Program-made: the position numbers and the translations under genes
Notes under the pieces: generated by a model
Told to the model about the DNA's origin: nothing
Database searches by the model: none
What the model saw: only the letters and a program-made list of their open reading frames with translations
Shown here: one piece after another, positions 52,301 through 64,000 of the stretch
Layout of the letters: every line of letters begins with the position of its first letter
How positions within the stretch are numbered: position 1 is the first letter of the stretch
Source of the DNA: Tubulanus polymorphus
Lineage: Eukaryota > Animalia > Nemertea
DNA: 64,000 nucleotides
Reading direction: 5' to 3'
Assembly (NCBI RefSeq): GCF_964204645.1
Contig: NC_134028.1
Location: 22,750,345 to 22,814,344 of the forward strand

Positions 52301-53154
52301 AACCGAAAACGTGTCAGTACGAACTCGTATTCCGTACACCACTCGTCTGCCACAATCATTCCATGCTCATTTATCCCACCTTGTCTCCAGAAAATCGATT
52401 AAAATGGGACTACATCGAAGGAGAATACACAGAAAAACTTATTACTAAAAAGGTAAATCGTCTGCTATTCTTTGAAGTACATAAAACCTCGCCTAACTCG
52501 TGACAAACTGGGACGGGCAGAATTAGCCTGAAGTTAAAGATGAATTTTTCTTTTGACAGGGATACAATCGATATCTTCGTAGTCTGTTCGAGTCGGTTGG
52601 TTTCTGTTTACCGGAATCGAAGAGGTCTCAGTTGGCAGACGTGGCGCAGAAAAACGACGAAGACAATAAACGTAAAGAAGCCGCGTTCGAGACTTTACCG
52701 AAATGTATCGAGGTAACTTAAAACGTTTAGCCGACTGAATAAAGACCTGTTTCAAAATCAACAGATCTCTTAATTGCCACATTACCAGGAAGGAAAATAC
52801 ATTAGAAAATATTCATTTACCTTAACCACTGGATAAATTATCTCTGGAGAGGAGGGAAAAAGATTTGGATGAAAATGTGTATGTTTATGGAGCTGAATCT
52901 GTATTATACATGTACATAGATTAGCTGGGATTGATCGGATATGTATGCAAGTGACCATCTCCTTTCGTCAATGCATAATTCGGCACAATAAATCACGGTC
53001 ACCTATTATTCATACGCTTGCACAAATTCGTGTATCTATGACATTTCTTTCGCAGGAATATCAGAAACTTCGCACAGAAATCGACGGACTGCGTACACTT
53101 TTACAGTTAAACGAAATTCAGAACACGAATACTGTCGAAACGATAAACAAATAG
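49341..53154 (+). CDS. GNPTG: N-acetylglucosamine-1-phosphotransferase subunit gamma (~299 aa)
   Basis: Exons 49341-49422, 50212-50263, 50874-51011, 51317-51400, 51554-51647, 52255-52452, 52560-52712, 53056-53154. Signal peptide; [50 protein letters not shown] and [19 protein letters not shown] (MRH domain). Confidence 0.95.
49557..50014. mobile_element. fold-back MITE (~460-bp near-perfect palindrome) in GNPTG intron 1
   Basis: Arms of ~220 bp (ATGTCTATTTCAACCTGACTTGAGAGCATTCCGGGTGGCCTAGC ... GCTAGGCCACCCGGAATGCTCTCAAGTCAGGTTGAAATAGACAT) flanked by TA; a diverged end at ~46686-46730. Confidence 0.9.
50504..50547 (+). ncRNA. minimal type I hammerhead ribozyme motif (Penelope-type)
   Basis: GACAC-CTGACAA-stem II (GATCTC..GAGAAC)-GAAACGTC-GTGTT, inside an inverted repeat (50442-50498 / 50577-50639); the core G8 position reads A. 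Confidence 0.5.
51890..52160 (+). mobile_element. L2/CR1-type LINE 3' remnant in a GNPTG intron
   Basis: Translates as [21 protein letters not shown], typical of the L2/CR1 ORF2 C-terminus, followed by the TGTAAAGCGC...GCGCTATATAAAT tail; the same tail recurs at ~38209-38275 and on the - strand at ~50372-50432. Confidence 0.65.
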
Positions 53155-54667
53155 AACCGTGAGTACGTGGCGAGATAATAAAAGAAGAAAATCTCAACAG
53201 TTTTCGGTAAAATATAACATGCAAATAATCTTTATTCCGATTGCTTCTTTCTTTAAAGGATAACATACAATGAAACTGACGATGGAAATATCTGCATTCA
53301 TAAAAACTGAAGCGACGAAAAGACAAGAATTTCTGATGGAATATATTAAGAATTGTGAATGCTAGTGTGATAAACTTGAGATCTAGTCATAATATATATA
53401 TTCATTACTCTGTATTGTACATTTGTAAATATTCATCATGCGAGTGGATAACGTTTAAGAGCTACTGAAATAAACTATTTTCAAAGAAATAATTTCTTAG
53501 TTTTGAGTGTATTTATGTTATCCAATAGACTAGGTTCTTATGATCAGAGCAGCTTGGACCCCTGGACATTCATCACTATTCTTCCAATATCTGTCATCCA
53601 CACTCCACGTGTGACAAGTACTTCACCTAAGAATTTTCTAATAAAAAATGAACATCAAACACCTGACATCAGATGTTTTATCAGCACACTTTCAAAAACT
53701 GATTGTCAAGACTTCAAAAGTGGATTAAAGAAGATGGTGGTCCCAGGATGCACACATTGACACCTGCATAAAACAAATCTATTGCAGCAGTTGGAAATTA
53801 GTTTGTCCTGTTGAACTAAAAAGGATCCAAATTCGGAGATAACAAGAAATGTACATACCAAAGAATTTCATCCGACTAGGAATTATAATAGATTTAAGTA
53901 CTTCTAGGCAATTAAGCCATGAAATTTAATCGACTTCACTTAATCTGCAGCTTATGCATGCAATTATTAGCTGAAAATATCGTGAAATGCCAGAATATAG
54001 AATACAGGCATAGCTCATTATAACCCCAGCCACAGGACTGAGTAAATTTTATTGAAATCATATAAGTCAATGAATTGCAGTGGATTGTTTGCAATAATAC
54101 ATTTGATATTTATTACATATGGTAGTATTGTAACGAGCTTTGACGGTAAAAGTAACTCAAAATTCCATAATTCACATTGGTTTAAGTTACTCAAATGACA
54201 TCAGAACTCCTCACCCGAGGTAGTTTAACGATATTCAAAAGAGGTTGATTGGTAAATACGTCATTTGTTTTACTTACAATAGTATAAAGCTATTCAATAT
54301 GTATGGCAACTACATAACTTGAAAACAATACAAAATCATTCCATTAGAACGATGATACAGTTTGATTTTCTCCTGTGATGGACACGATTCAGGTTTTCGC
54401 TTCATGAGTATTTTTTATATATGCTTGAACCCTATCAAAAACCCCACCCGCGCACACGCACACACCCACAATCAAGATCAAACCTTAGGGGTAGATCACA
54501 TTCAGGCCAGGTTCTAAGGTAATTGAAAGAGAAAACTCATTCATGGAACTGGATCCAGTCTCTTAGTTTTGCTCACTTTTGGTTGGTTTAATACTTTATA
54601 AATCTCAGTTATAATACGATATGGTTCCACGTAAGAATCTAGATTCAGTTCCACTTGAGATACATAT

Positions 54668-57600
54668 TTATAGAATTGGCTTCATTTCAACGAAGTCAAA
54701 GTCGTAAGTATGTGGAAGTCCGAGGTGTGAATCTTTAAATTTCGCAGTCCAAGAGAACGGTTCTAACTTGTTGCCGCGTGTTGGTCCATTGATTGCGAAT
54801 GATTCACGATTCAAAGCCATTTTATAATCGGACACCTAAATCGAAAATAGAGGAAAACGTAAGCTACATCTGTGACATCGCCATCCTAGACTCGACACCA
54901 TCCTAGCGATTTAAAGCATTTTCATTCCTTCTCAATTTTCTAGAAAATCTCGTTCAAAGGGAGAAAAATAAATGTCGAAAGTCACAAATTTCAGATAACA
55001 AATCACCACATTTACCACGATTCAAGTTTATCTTTCTTCAGCATAACTCTATTCTAGGGAGAAAACTAGATATCGCAAGTCACAGGTTTTACAAAACAAA
55101 TTATGATTAGGTGCGATGAAGAATGACGACTTGACTAAAGAATAGAACTAAACTCCATTATTTTGACTGTTCCTTTTTTAATCCCTTGCCCCACTGAGCA
55201 CCACTCGGGGCATTTTATCAGTAGGATCAAAAATTCTTAATTCCTGATTACAGGGTAAAGGCCGGGGAATAACCATTTACCGATTGGATCAAACGACAGC
55301 TTTCAACCATCATTATTGCCTCGAAATTCATGTACATACCTTTGTATCATAGCAACCGTCTGCTCGTGGTTTTTCCGGATCGAGATCGGCACGACAACAA
55401 ATTGTGTTACAAGGATTCTTCCCAGAATATGGGTCGTTTTCATAGTCTGTAAAAGAATACCGAAACAACTATTATAGCAAAATTGTGTCCTTTTTGCGGA
55501 CAAAGTGTCTTCATATTAAAAGGCACTTAAAAGCGCAGGTCTGGCTTTCAGTGCGTCTACACCGCAGTGCGGTGTATAAATCCGTGATAGACTTTGCTAG
55601 TACACCGCACTGCGGTGTATTGATGCAAATAGTAATAAGTAATTATCTCTCTTGAAAAATGGCAGCACGTGTCAAACATAGTGAAATACTAGTAACTAAC
55701 GATATACCGCACGGCAGTGTAGACACACTATAGTAATATTCCCGTTATTTAACAAACTAGGGTGGAATTTTTTAGAATTTTCAAATTATCTCCAGCACTA
55801 TAGGGTATTAATTAGTCAGCACTGAAAGGGTTAAGTCTCAATTTCATTACTAACCATTGTATCGCATTATTTTCTTCATCGACTCCATATCTCTGACGGC
55901 TCCAGCGTCGCGACGGAATATCTTCGCTCGTGGAGCTAACTGATACGATGAATCTAATCCGTGCATCTTAACGAACTCCGGGTAACCGCTCATATTGTAA
56001 ACGGTCTCGAAAAATGGAACGTTATACGACGGCCAATGCCCTGGAAAATAACCGTTGGAGAGGGTTCATACAATCCGACAGTATCAAGATGAAACATTCA
56101 GACCCAGTTCAACAGTTCTGGGTTAATCTTTGGCTACATATGAGCTGATCTTTAGTACCGGTAGTTAGATTGAACCGGTAGTTAAAATGAACTAAGACTG
56201 GTCCTAATTTGTTAGATTGGCTTATAGAACCAAACTGAACTTAGATTGGTCTCAAAAGTTGTTAGATTGGCTATAGGACCAAAAGATGGTTTCGACTAGT
56301 CTTAAATCCGAGGCTTGTCCGTGCAACTGGCCCCCTGGGTCTGCCTGTCTGCAGAATATCTATCAAGTGCATTGAGGTATCAAGCTGTTGTTACCCAAAT
56401 AACTGTAAGGGACTGTAACAATGTCTGGTATTCAGACTACTATCAAATGTAGTACTGACCTTCACGTAGAATTTTAGTTTCATCTCTGTAAACTACAAGA
56501 GTTGGTATTTGTTCTACGACGTACAGAGCGCCGTCCATGATTGTCTCGCCGAGTTTAATTTTCTTCAAATCAACAATCATATACTGATTGTTATACGTTC
56601 CTGAAAATTCAAATAATCAATTCCTATTACAGTACACTGCAACGCTTGCCTCATATCTTGCAGGAAAGCGACTATGAGACAGCAAGCAAATTTCGGGACG
56701 ATGGGGCAAAATGAATGAACTGCAGAAACTTAATTAATCAAATCTCGTCCGGCTTTTTGTATCAGAAATATCTGAGTTCATCACAATGAAGCCCCATCGT
56801 ACATGATCTCCATCAGCTCTTAAGTTACAATTTAAAAGATTTACCCGAATTAAACATCGAGAAATAATTCCCCCATTGTCGGCCGTCGTTTGCCATGAAA
56901 TGAGCAACTCGAACTCGCTGCCACGATAGCAACGTCGTCGGTTTTACCGTTTCATAGAGATCATTGTTGAACATGTTATTCGTTGTTTGGATCATAACCA
57001 TTTGACTTCCGAGCAAGTAAAAATCATCCAGCGATTCAATAAACCCTAAATACAATCGTTGTACAAATTAGATTAGATTCAATACATCTCATCGATGTTC
57101 CACATTAACGTTTGAGTCAAATCTTATCTCATTGTTGTGAGTTTAGAATCGTTTCGTAAAAAATTACCAGGATAGCTTGAAAATGACATTGTTTTCGCGA
57201 CAGTGTACGAATCTTTCAAGTTGAAATCGTAATGTTTGTAAATGCGCATTGTGGCCGCGTAAAGAAACCAACTGGAATGTGACATGAATATATTTTCGTA
57301 AGCACCAGTGACCTAAAAAAGAAGAATTTGCTGTTTGTAGAAAGAATATTTCTTCTATTTCCAGGAGAAGTTAAGTAGGGTCCCTACCGATCGGTCATTC
57401 CTGGATATTTGAAGTTTTAAAGGAGAAAATTTCAAATTTCGAGGTATCCTCAGCCTCACTTACATATTTCAATTAGAGTAGACGCCTTGTTTTTCCGTCT
57501 GCTGAGCTTAAAGGTTGACCCAGCCGGCCGCTTATCTACCCTTTACATAACTTAACTACAAGGAGTCGTAGGGACCCTGTTAAGTATTGAATAAAAAAGG

Positions 57601-59373
57601 TTTGACCTAAATGTTGTGAATACGCACCTTAATCAGAGCAGAACAATGACCATTAGAATTGACCATTCTCAACGCGTCTTTATGAGTCATATTCCTCCAG
57701 TTCGGACGTCCTGCCGGGTTGAGTACGTGGCGTATGTCGATGTAATCCCCGACTCCATTCAAAAACTGAATCGCGAATTTGTCGAGCGTCTGAAAAGGTC
57801 GAAGAAATCAGGTCCGAAATATTTCACGATGATTTTAGGATCTGCATCATGATCATCATCTGGATCATGATCTGCTCTGCGAGATACAACTGTCTTCTGT
57901 GCTACGATTAAGGAAGGATTTATGATGATTCAAAATTCCTGGTAATAATAAAATTACCATGTTAGAATTGTGAGATGCAAACGTGTAGCCATCGTAGAGT
58001 CCGGACTCTTGATTCATGACGTAACCAACATGTCTCCAGAACGGATCGTCCGGTGTCATCTTGTCAATCATATACCACGCCCATTTCTCCTGTTCGGCAT
58101 AAAAATCCACTGTTTTCTTTTTCAGTTCAGGACTGATATTTCCAACCATCGTGTTGTATACGTTTTGATAATGCTGATAAATTCTCCTGAATAAAGAAAT
58201 GAAAGATTGCTGGAGTCTATGATATTTAGCAGATCTCATGTCACTGGAACTGTTGATCATTAAGAGATGATATAAGGTTTAAAAAATTGATACCAGTACC
58301 GTGTTTCTCCTTTCTGCTGAGCTTAAAACTTGACCCGACCGGCCACCTATCTACCCTATACATTATTTTTTTTTATAATCACGATCAAGTTAACCAAAAC
58401 AGACCCAGCAGCTATAGAAATGAAGTGATTACAAATTCTATTGCGATTTACAAAAATAACCCAGCCGATAAGGAGAAACAAGGTATCATTCTTTTGCCTT
58501 ATAATGTGCAAACTATATTTCATATCAAGCAGGTATTGGTTGAAAATTTAAGTCAGTAACTGGACTGCAGGGTTTAGTCAGTAACTAAACTGTGTTTAAG
58601 TGTCAAGTAAATGGACCACATTTTACTCAGCAAACAGACTGTGGTTTAGTCGGACTTTAAGCACTAGATCCGAAGCAAAGACTTACTTATTTGTCAAAAC
58701 TCCTTCTAAATATCCGGCCGCATACATCAATAGATTATTGTCTATATCTGCCGTGGCATAGCCAGCTTTAATATCTAAGACGCCCCATCCTGTGGTAGAC
58801 AGGGTGTCGTTGTAGATCCCATAAGCCGCGCCGTTCACTTTATCTAGTTTTCCCGGCACAAATTTCGCCTGCTTGTCTTTGGTAATATAAACAGTGCCTG
58901 ATTGGTAATTGGAAGCTGTAATTAAATCAATCGATGAATTTATTAATCAGAATTAAAAAATAGGCTGAAAGTGAAGAATTTAAATTGATGAAAATTATGT
59001 AACTTCACGCTCGTCAGCTGTTAGTCAGTAACCTATCTGTGGTTTAGTTTCACGATCAAATATTTTTACAAACGTTGGTATAAGCCCATCCGATTATAAA
59101 ACGCTTACCACCAACGATTGGGTAACTAACTAATTCCCATTATATTCGACGCAAGTAGTAGTGATACTTCTCTTGTACTAAACTACGTGGTTTAAGCTTA
59201 ATTTCACTGAAACAATGCATTTCAAAAACTCAACACCGCATCTGTGACCGGCGAACGGATGATGTCTATTAGAAAAATATAACTTCGCAAATTGACATAC
59301 CTGATATCGCCGATAATATTGACAAAAATAACGACAAAAACAGCAGAAAAACGAAATCCACGGAGGCCGCCAT
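54668..59373 (-). CDS. PLBD1: Phospholipase B-like 1 (lysosomal Ntn-hydrolase, ~546 aa)
   Basis: Exons 59373-59301, 58915-58687, 58186-57958, 57789-57628, 57312-57168, 57045-56845, 56600-56460, 56040-55855, 55446-55340, 54835-54668. Signal peptide; [27 protein letters not shown] (nucleophile Cys), [42 protein letters not shown]. Confidence 0.95.
55547..55834. mobile_element. piggyBac-like MITE remnant
   Basis: Right end GCACTGAAAGGG-TTAA, degenerate left end CTTTCAGTGC; repeated internal palindrome TACACCGCA(G/C)TGCGGTGTA. Confidence 0.5.
58274..58500. mobile_element. MITE family B, copy 2 (PLBD1 intron)
   Basis: Colinear similarity to 25901-26080 (CCTATCTACCCT.TACATTA, ATAGAAATGAA.TGATTACAAAT, AGGAGAAACAAGGTATCA). 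Confidence 0.75.
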
Positions 59374-59997
59374 TTTGAAATGTCACATGATTCCGTCAGT
59401 CAGCTGTGACATTTTCCCGGAAGCGCGCGCTATAAAACCGGCGCCGCTGAGCGTCCGGTCTCCACAACTTATACAGCCACCGAGCGGGAACGATCGCACG
59501 GATCTACTGATTGATTATTTAATTATACTGGATAATTAGCTGACAGGTGCGTACGATTACACGGTATATTAGAACTGTTTAGAGCTGTTCACGATGTTTG
59601 ATTATTACAAAACTTGGTTTATTTTATAAAACAAAAACTTTAAAAACTTGCATAACCGATCAATTCAATGAATATTTGTTTATTTGATTGTTAGTCTTTA
59701 ATCATAGTTGGACATAATCGGAATTGATAATCCTGGCAAATGCAAAACGAAGACAGATTGAAACCGATTATTATTTTAGTGCTGTTTCCAGTAGCATTTT
59801 GTGATTTTTCGCTTCTTTATTTTAATCTTTAAGCTTTAATTAATCTGTTTTTAATGTTTTATATACAAGTTAGGGCCTAATAATATTAGTTACCTAATCG
59901 TTGGTGGTAAGCTTTTTACTATCGGATGGGCTTATACCAAGCCTGTGGTTTGTGAAAATATCCGATCGTGAAACTAAACCACAGACAGGTTACTGAC
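59024..59997. repeat. ~110-bp inverted repeat pair (59024-59129 / 59886-59997) flanking the PLBD1-SHMT promoter
   Basis: GTCAGTAACCT.TCTGTGGTTTAGTTTCACGATC...TTGGTATAAGCCCATCCGAT...GCTTACCACCAACGATT.GGTAACTAA and its reverse complement. Confidence 0.9.
59374..59546. promoter_or_regulatory. bidirectional promoter PLBD1/SHMT with probable non-coding SHMT exon 1
   Basis: GC-rich patch; TATAAAA at 59431; CCGGAAG (ETS-like) at ~59417; GTCACATGA E-box at 59382; donor CAG|GTGCGT at 59547 and acceptor TTCCAG| at 60050. Confidence 0.6.
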
Positions 59998-60080
59998 AAG
60001 GCCAATATAATAATCGTTAATGCCGAAATTTGTGGATTCCTACTTTCCAGGGTCAAATCGATTATTAAAACTGAACAAAA

Positions 60081-63000
60081 ATGGCGGCAACTACAAACGG
60101 AGGAACGGGAGATCAGACCTTTTGGTTACAACAAGATATCAGCGTCGACGACCCGGAAATGTACGATTTGGTTCGTCAAGAGAAAATGCGCCAGTTAAAA
60201 GGCCTGGAATTGATCGCGTCCGAGAACTTCGCGAGTAAAGCCGCTCTGCAATGTCTGGGCTCGTGTTTGAATAATAAATATTCCGAGGGTATGGTCGGAG
60301 CTAGGTGAGTAAATTGAGAAGACAATATATGGATCGCAGCGCTGCCCTACCTGAAAATCTTGGAAAACTCTAGAACCAGAAAAAATCTAAGGGAATTTGA
60401 CAATTTTTATTGAAAATCAGGGAATTTGACAAATTTTACCAACCACCTGGAAAATTTAGGGAATTCGGATAATTTAATGGACCTTGCTGGGCCCAGTTTC
60501 ACATAAAAGTTAACTCAAATTTTTGGTGTAATTGCCATTGGAAACTTCATGTTTTCAACACTTAATCGTTTAAGGCTTGAAACTTTTTCTGGAAACTTGG
60601 CCCAGGTGTTTCTTTAACAATACGTGATTAGATGAAAATGAATACGTAACACTTTAAACCTAGAAATTTCTTTCATTCACTCAAGTAATTTTTTGTAATC
60701 ATATGGAAAAATCATGGAAAACTCAGGGAATTAGTAAATGAGCGGAAAGAAGGGATCTCATGTTTGAAACAATATTTTTATGTTTGTTTCAGATATTACG
60801 GTGGTAACGAATTCATCGATAAAATCGAAACGCTGTGCATTCAAAGAGCTTTACAAGTTTACGGCTTAAAATCGGAAGATTGGGCCGTGAACGTGCAACC
60901 CTTGTCCGGATCACCGGCTAACTTCGCCGTGTACACCGCTATCGTCGAGCCGCACGGGCGCATCATGGGTCTCGATCTGCCCGACGGCGGTCACCTGACG
61001 CACGGATTCCAGACGCAGACGCGGAAAATTTCGGCGACGTCGATTTTCTTCGAGTCGATGCCGTACAAAGTCGACCCGGTTTCCGGACTGATCGACTACG
61101 ACGAACTGCAACGAAACGTGAAATTGTTCTTACCGAAACTCATCATCGCCGGTACGTGAAATACGTAACAACAGCGTGGAATAGCCATTCACCTGGTTCT
61201 TGCCAGGGAAATCAGCGAAATCTCAATTCAAACAATATAAAACATGCTGAGCTTTTAAGAGGGGCAGTTCTATTTCAAGAAAAAGGGGAATTTTCACCAC
61301 GAAAAGGGCCACTTTCCTGTAAAAAAAATGTAGATCTTAAATACCCAGGTGACTGAATAAATCAATTGAGATTGGATAATTTTCAATTTAAAAGAAAAAC
61401 ATGAATATTGTATCTCAATTTAATTTCAAAAAAAAAATTTGACCCAAAATTGTGTTGGCACTGACTTTTTGAAGGGCGCTTGGAAAATTTTAGGGGGTTC
61501 ATTCACTACCCCCGATCACCCATCCCTCGGCACGGGCCTGTAAAATTTCACTGATTGTAAATCGGTTTGTCATGTTTTCACTTAGGTGTAAGCTGTTATT
61601 CGCGTAACTTGGACTATAAGAGATTCCGTGAAATAGCCGATAGCGTCGGTGCCTATTTGATGGCCGATATGGCGCATATATCCGGACTGGTGGCGGCTGG
61701 TTTGATTCCGAGTCCGTTCGAATACTGCGATATCGTCACCAGTACAACTCATAAAACGCTACGAGGAGTCAGATCTGGAATTATTTTCAGTAGAAGAGGT
61801 AAGGAAAATAGTTCAATGATGCTAAGATATTTCCCCAGGTCAATGAAGGCAGTCATCTATCAGTATATTTTATGTATCCCTCTCTGAAAATCTACTGTCC
61901 ATTCCCTTCACCCCTCAGATAATTGGCTTTCTGTACCCTACACCCTGCAGATTATATCATCGTCTCTTTACCCTGCACTCTCAGGCAATCTGCTGACTGT
62001 ACCCTGCACTCTCTCAGTGCTCTCGATACAAGCTAACCAAACTCAATGATTCTACAAGATAACATTTATGCAGTCTGTTCTTCAATACACCAGATGGTAT
62101 TTTCCTGGTGCACATGTTTCTGGCATCCTATTCACTGAACCAGTGTTAGGGATCTGTGAATGAGTTATTTGTTTTCTTAGTTATAAGTGAAGTTATAAAC
62201 ATTACTGGCATCTAAAATGTACAGCATTCACCTGAGACATTGATAATATATATGCTTCATTTTCCCTTCTTAATCATGCAGGTGTTCGCAAGATTTTAAA
62301 GAACGGCGACAAACAGATGTATAATTTAGAGAAACCAATCAATGATGCAGTGTTTCCTGGACTACAAGGAGGACCCCACAATCACGCTATTGCCGGTAAA
62401 ATATTCTATTTTATATGTTATATGAACCAAATTGAGTCATGCACAATTGATAACCACACCAGCTTTGGTTCATCCATCAAGATTGAAGTTATAGGCTGAC
62501 TGGACTCTTAATTTCCCCATCCTTTCAGAATTCTTTATTTCTCAACTTATTGATTTGGGTTTTTACAGGCGTCGCTGTTGCCTTGAAACAAGCGCTTACT
62601 CCCGAGTATAAGGAATACCAGCAACAAGTGATCAAGAACTGTCAAGCTATGAGTAAAGTTATGGTAGAACGCGGATATAAAGTTGTAACAGGTAAAATGC
62701 TTCGAATCCTTGAAAATCCAGTATCACTTAACTAACGAAATCTGCCTGATGAAATTCATTGAATATCTAAAGAGACCCGCTGAGCAGCTTTCAGAGTGGC
62801 ATTAGCACGGGTTCCATCAATTCTCTCGATTGATAAAAGGGGTCGAAGTAATTGGATTAGAAACCAGTGACCAATGGCTTAAACCACTTGTTCACTAAAG
62901 CTTTTCATTTAAGATTCCTGTGAAGAATCTCCTTCAATTTAACAACAACTAACGACACTCGGGCAGCACTACAGGTTTAACACGGTATTTTCCAAACCTT

Positions 63001-64000
63001 GTATTTCAGGGGGCAGCGATAATCACTTGATTCTCATTGACTTGAGATCGAAGGGAATTGACGGCGCCCGCGCTGAGAAAGTGCTCGAGGATATCAGCAT
63101 CGCCGTCAATAAGAACACTTGCCCAGGAGACAAGAGCGCACTGAAACCGAGCGGACTGCGTCTCGGTGCGCCGGCGCTCACTAGCCGTAATTTTACGGAG
63201 AAAGATTTCGAGCAGGTCGCCGATTTCATAGATAGAGGTGAGTGAACTAACCATTAGAAATCTGTTCTATAGGTCAATGACTCTGTGGCTAAAATTAGTT
63301 CATATACAATGATTTAACGAGAGTCAAATTGTGAAGCTCTGCCACCTGCAGCTTCCAATCCCCTTATTGTAGGTTATTTGACTCGTAAAGTTGACTTCAT
63401 CGTTACTGAGTAGAGGAGTAGTCAACTGTAGTTTTACAAGGTGGCTGCTTACGTACCTGGAAATCAGGGAAAAGTCAGGAAATTTTCATTCCTTTGAAAA
63501 ACGTCGGGGAATTGTTTAAAGAGAAGTTAAAAATCTGGGAATAGACGGGGAATTATGTTCAGATTGCAAGATCGCACGTAAAATCCAAGTTTCCGTGTAT
63601 GGCTTATGGATTTAACTGAATGTGTTAATTGAAAATTGAATGGAATTCTAAGCAGATCAAGTCAGGGAAAACGTGCATGTTCGGGAAATAGTAGTCAGCG
63701 CAGGGATAAAGCTAGTCAAATAAGATAAGCCACCTTGTTTTAACTGAAACTGACTGTAAGGACATAATTTCATGATGATAATTGAGTTGTCTTTTTGGTG
63801 AAATGCTCATGTGGCTATTTTTATCAATATCGTAAAATTGACGTCCTGGATTTTCAGGTGTGTTGCTAGCAATTGAAATTCAAGAAGGCTGCGGGCCTTT
63901 ACTGAAGGATTTCAAGGCTAAACTATCGACAGACGAAGGAACGAAGGCTAAAATCGCGGCGTTACGCGAACAGGTCGAAAAATTCGCGATCGATTTCCCG
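60081..64000 (+). CDS. SHMT1: Serine hydroxymethyltransferase, cytosolic type (3' end beyond the window)
   Basis: Exons 60081-60304, 60793-61151, 61586-61798, 62282-62395, 62569-62691, 63010-63237, 63858->64000. [40 protein letters not shown]-Lys motif [29 protein letters not shown]; no mitochondrial leader. Confidence 0.96.
63436..63738. mobile_element. MITE-like element in an SHMT intron
   Basis: TIRs ACAAGGTGGCT / AGCCACCTTGT with internal TCAGGGAA repeats; similar repeats at ~60340-60470 and ~60700-60735. Confidence 0.55.

Overview
This is eukaryotic, intron-rich, AT-rich but CpG-rich invertebrate genomic DNA (probably a marine spiralian; the taxon is inference only). It is not a prokaryotic locus, and most short ORFs in the track are noise or single exons read through into introns. 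Splicing by hand at GT-AG sites gives eight protein-coding genes: (1) the first coding exon of a SIFamide/NPFF-type neuropeptide GPCR (-); (2) an intronless JHAMT-like SAM-dependent methyltransferase (-); (3) a small secreted single-PAN/apple-domain protein (-); (4) a small, probably N-myristoylated coiled-coil protein (-); (5) a ~28-exon, ~1260-aa GPI-anchored mesothelin/otoancorin/stereocilin-family protein with a furin site (-); (6) GNPTG (+); (7) PLBD1 (-), tail-to-tail with GNPTG; (8) cytosolic SHMT (+, truncated by the window end), head-to-head with PLBD1. Non-coding DNA holds many MITEs, L2/CR1-like 3' tails, tRNA-derived SINE-like heads, micro- and minisatellites and several minimal Penelope-type hammerhead-ribozyme motifs. 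The most notable observations are the otoancorin-like protein with mesothelin-style processing, a ~110-bp inverted repeat bracketing the PLBD1/SHMT bidirectional promoter, the dispersed hammerheads, and matching M-box/TISU motifs at the two lysosomal genes. All exon coordinates were read by eye and need RNA-seq confirmation.
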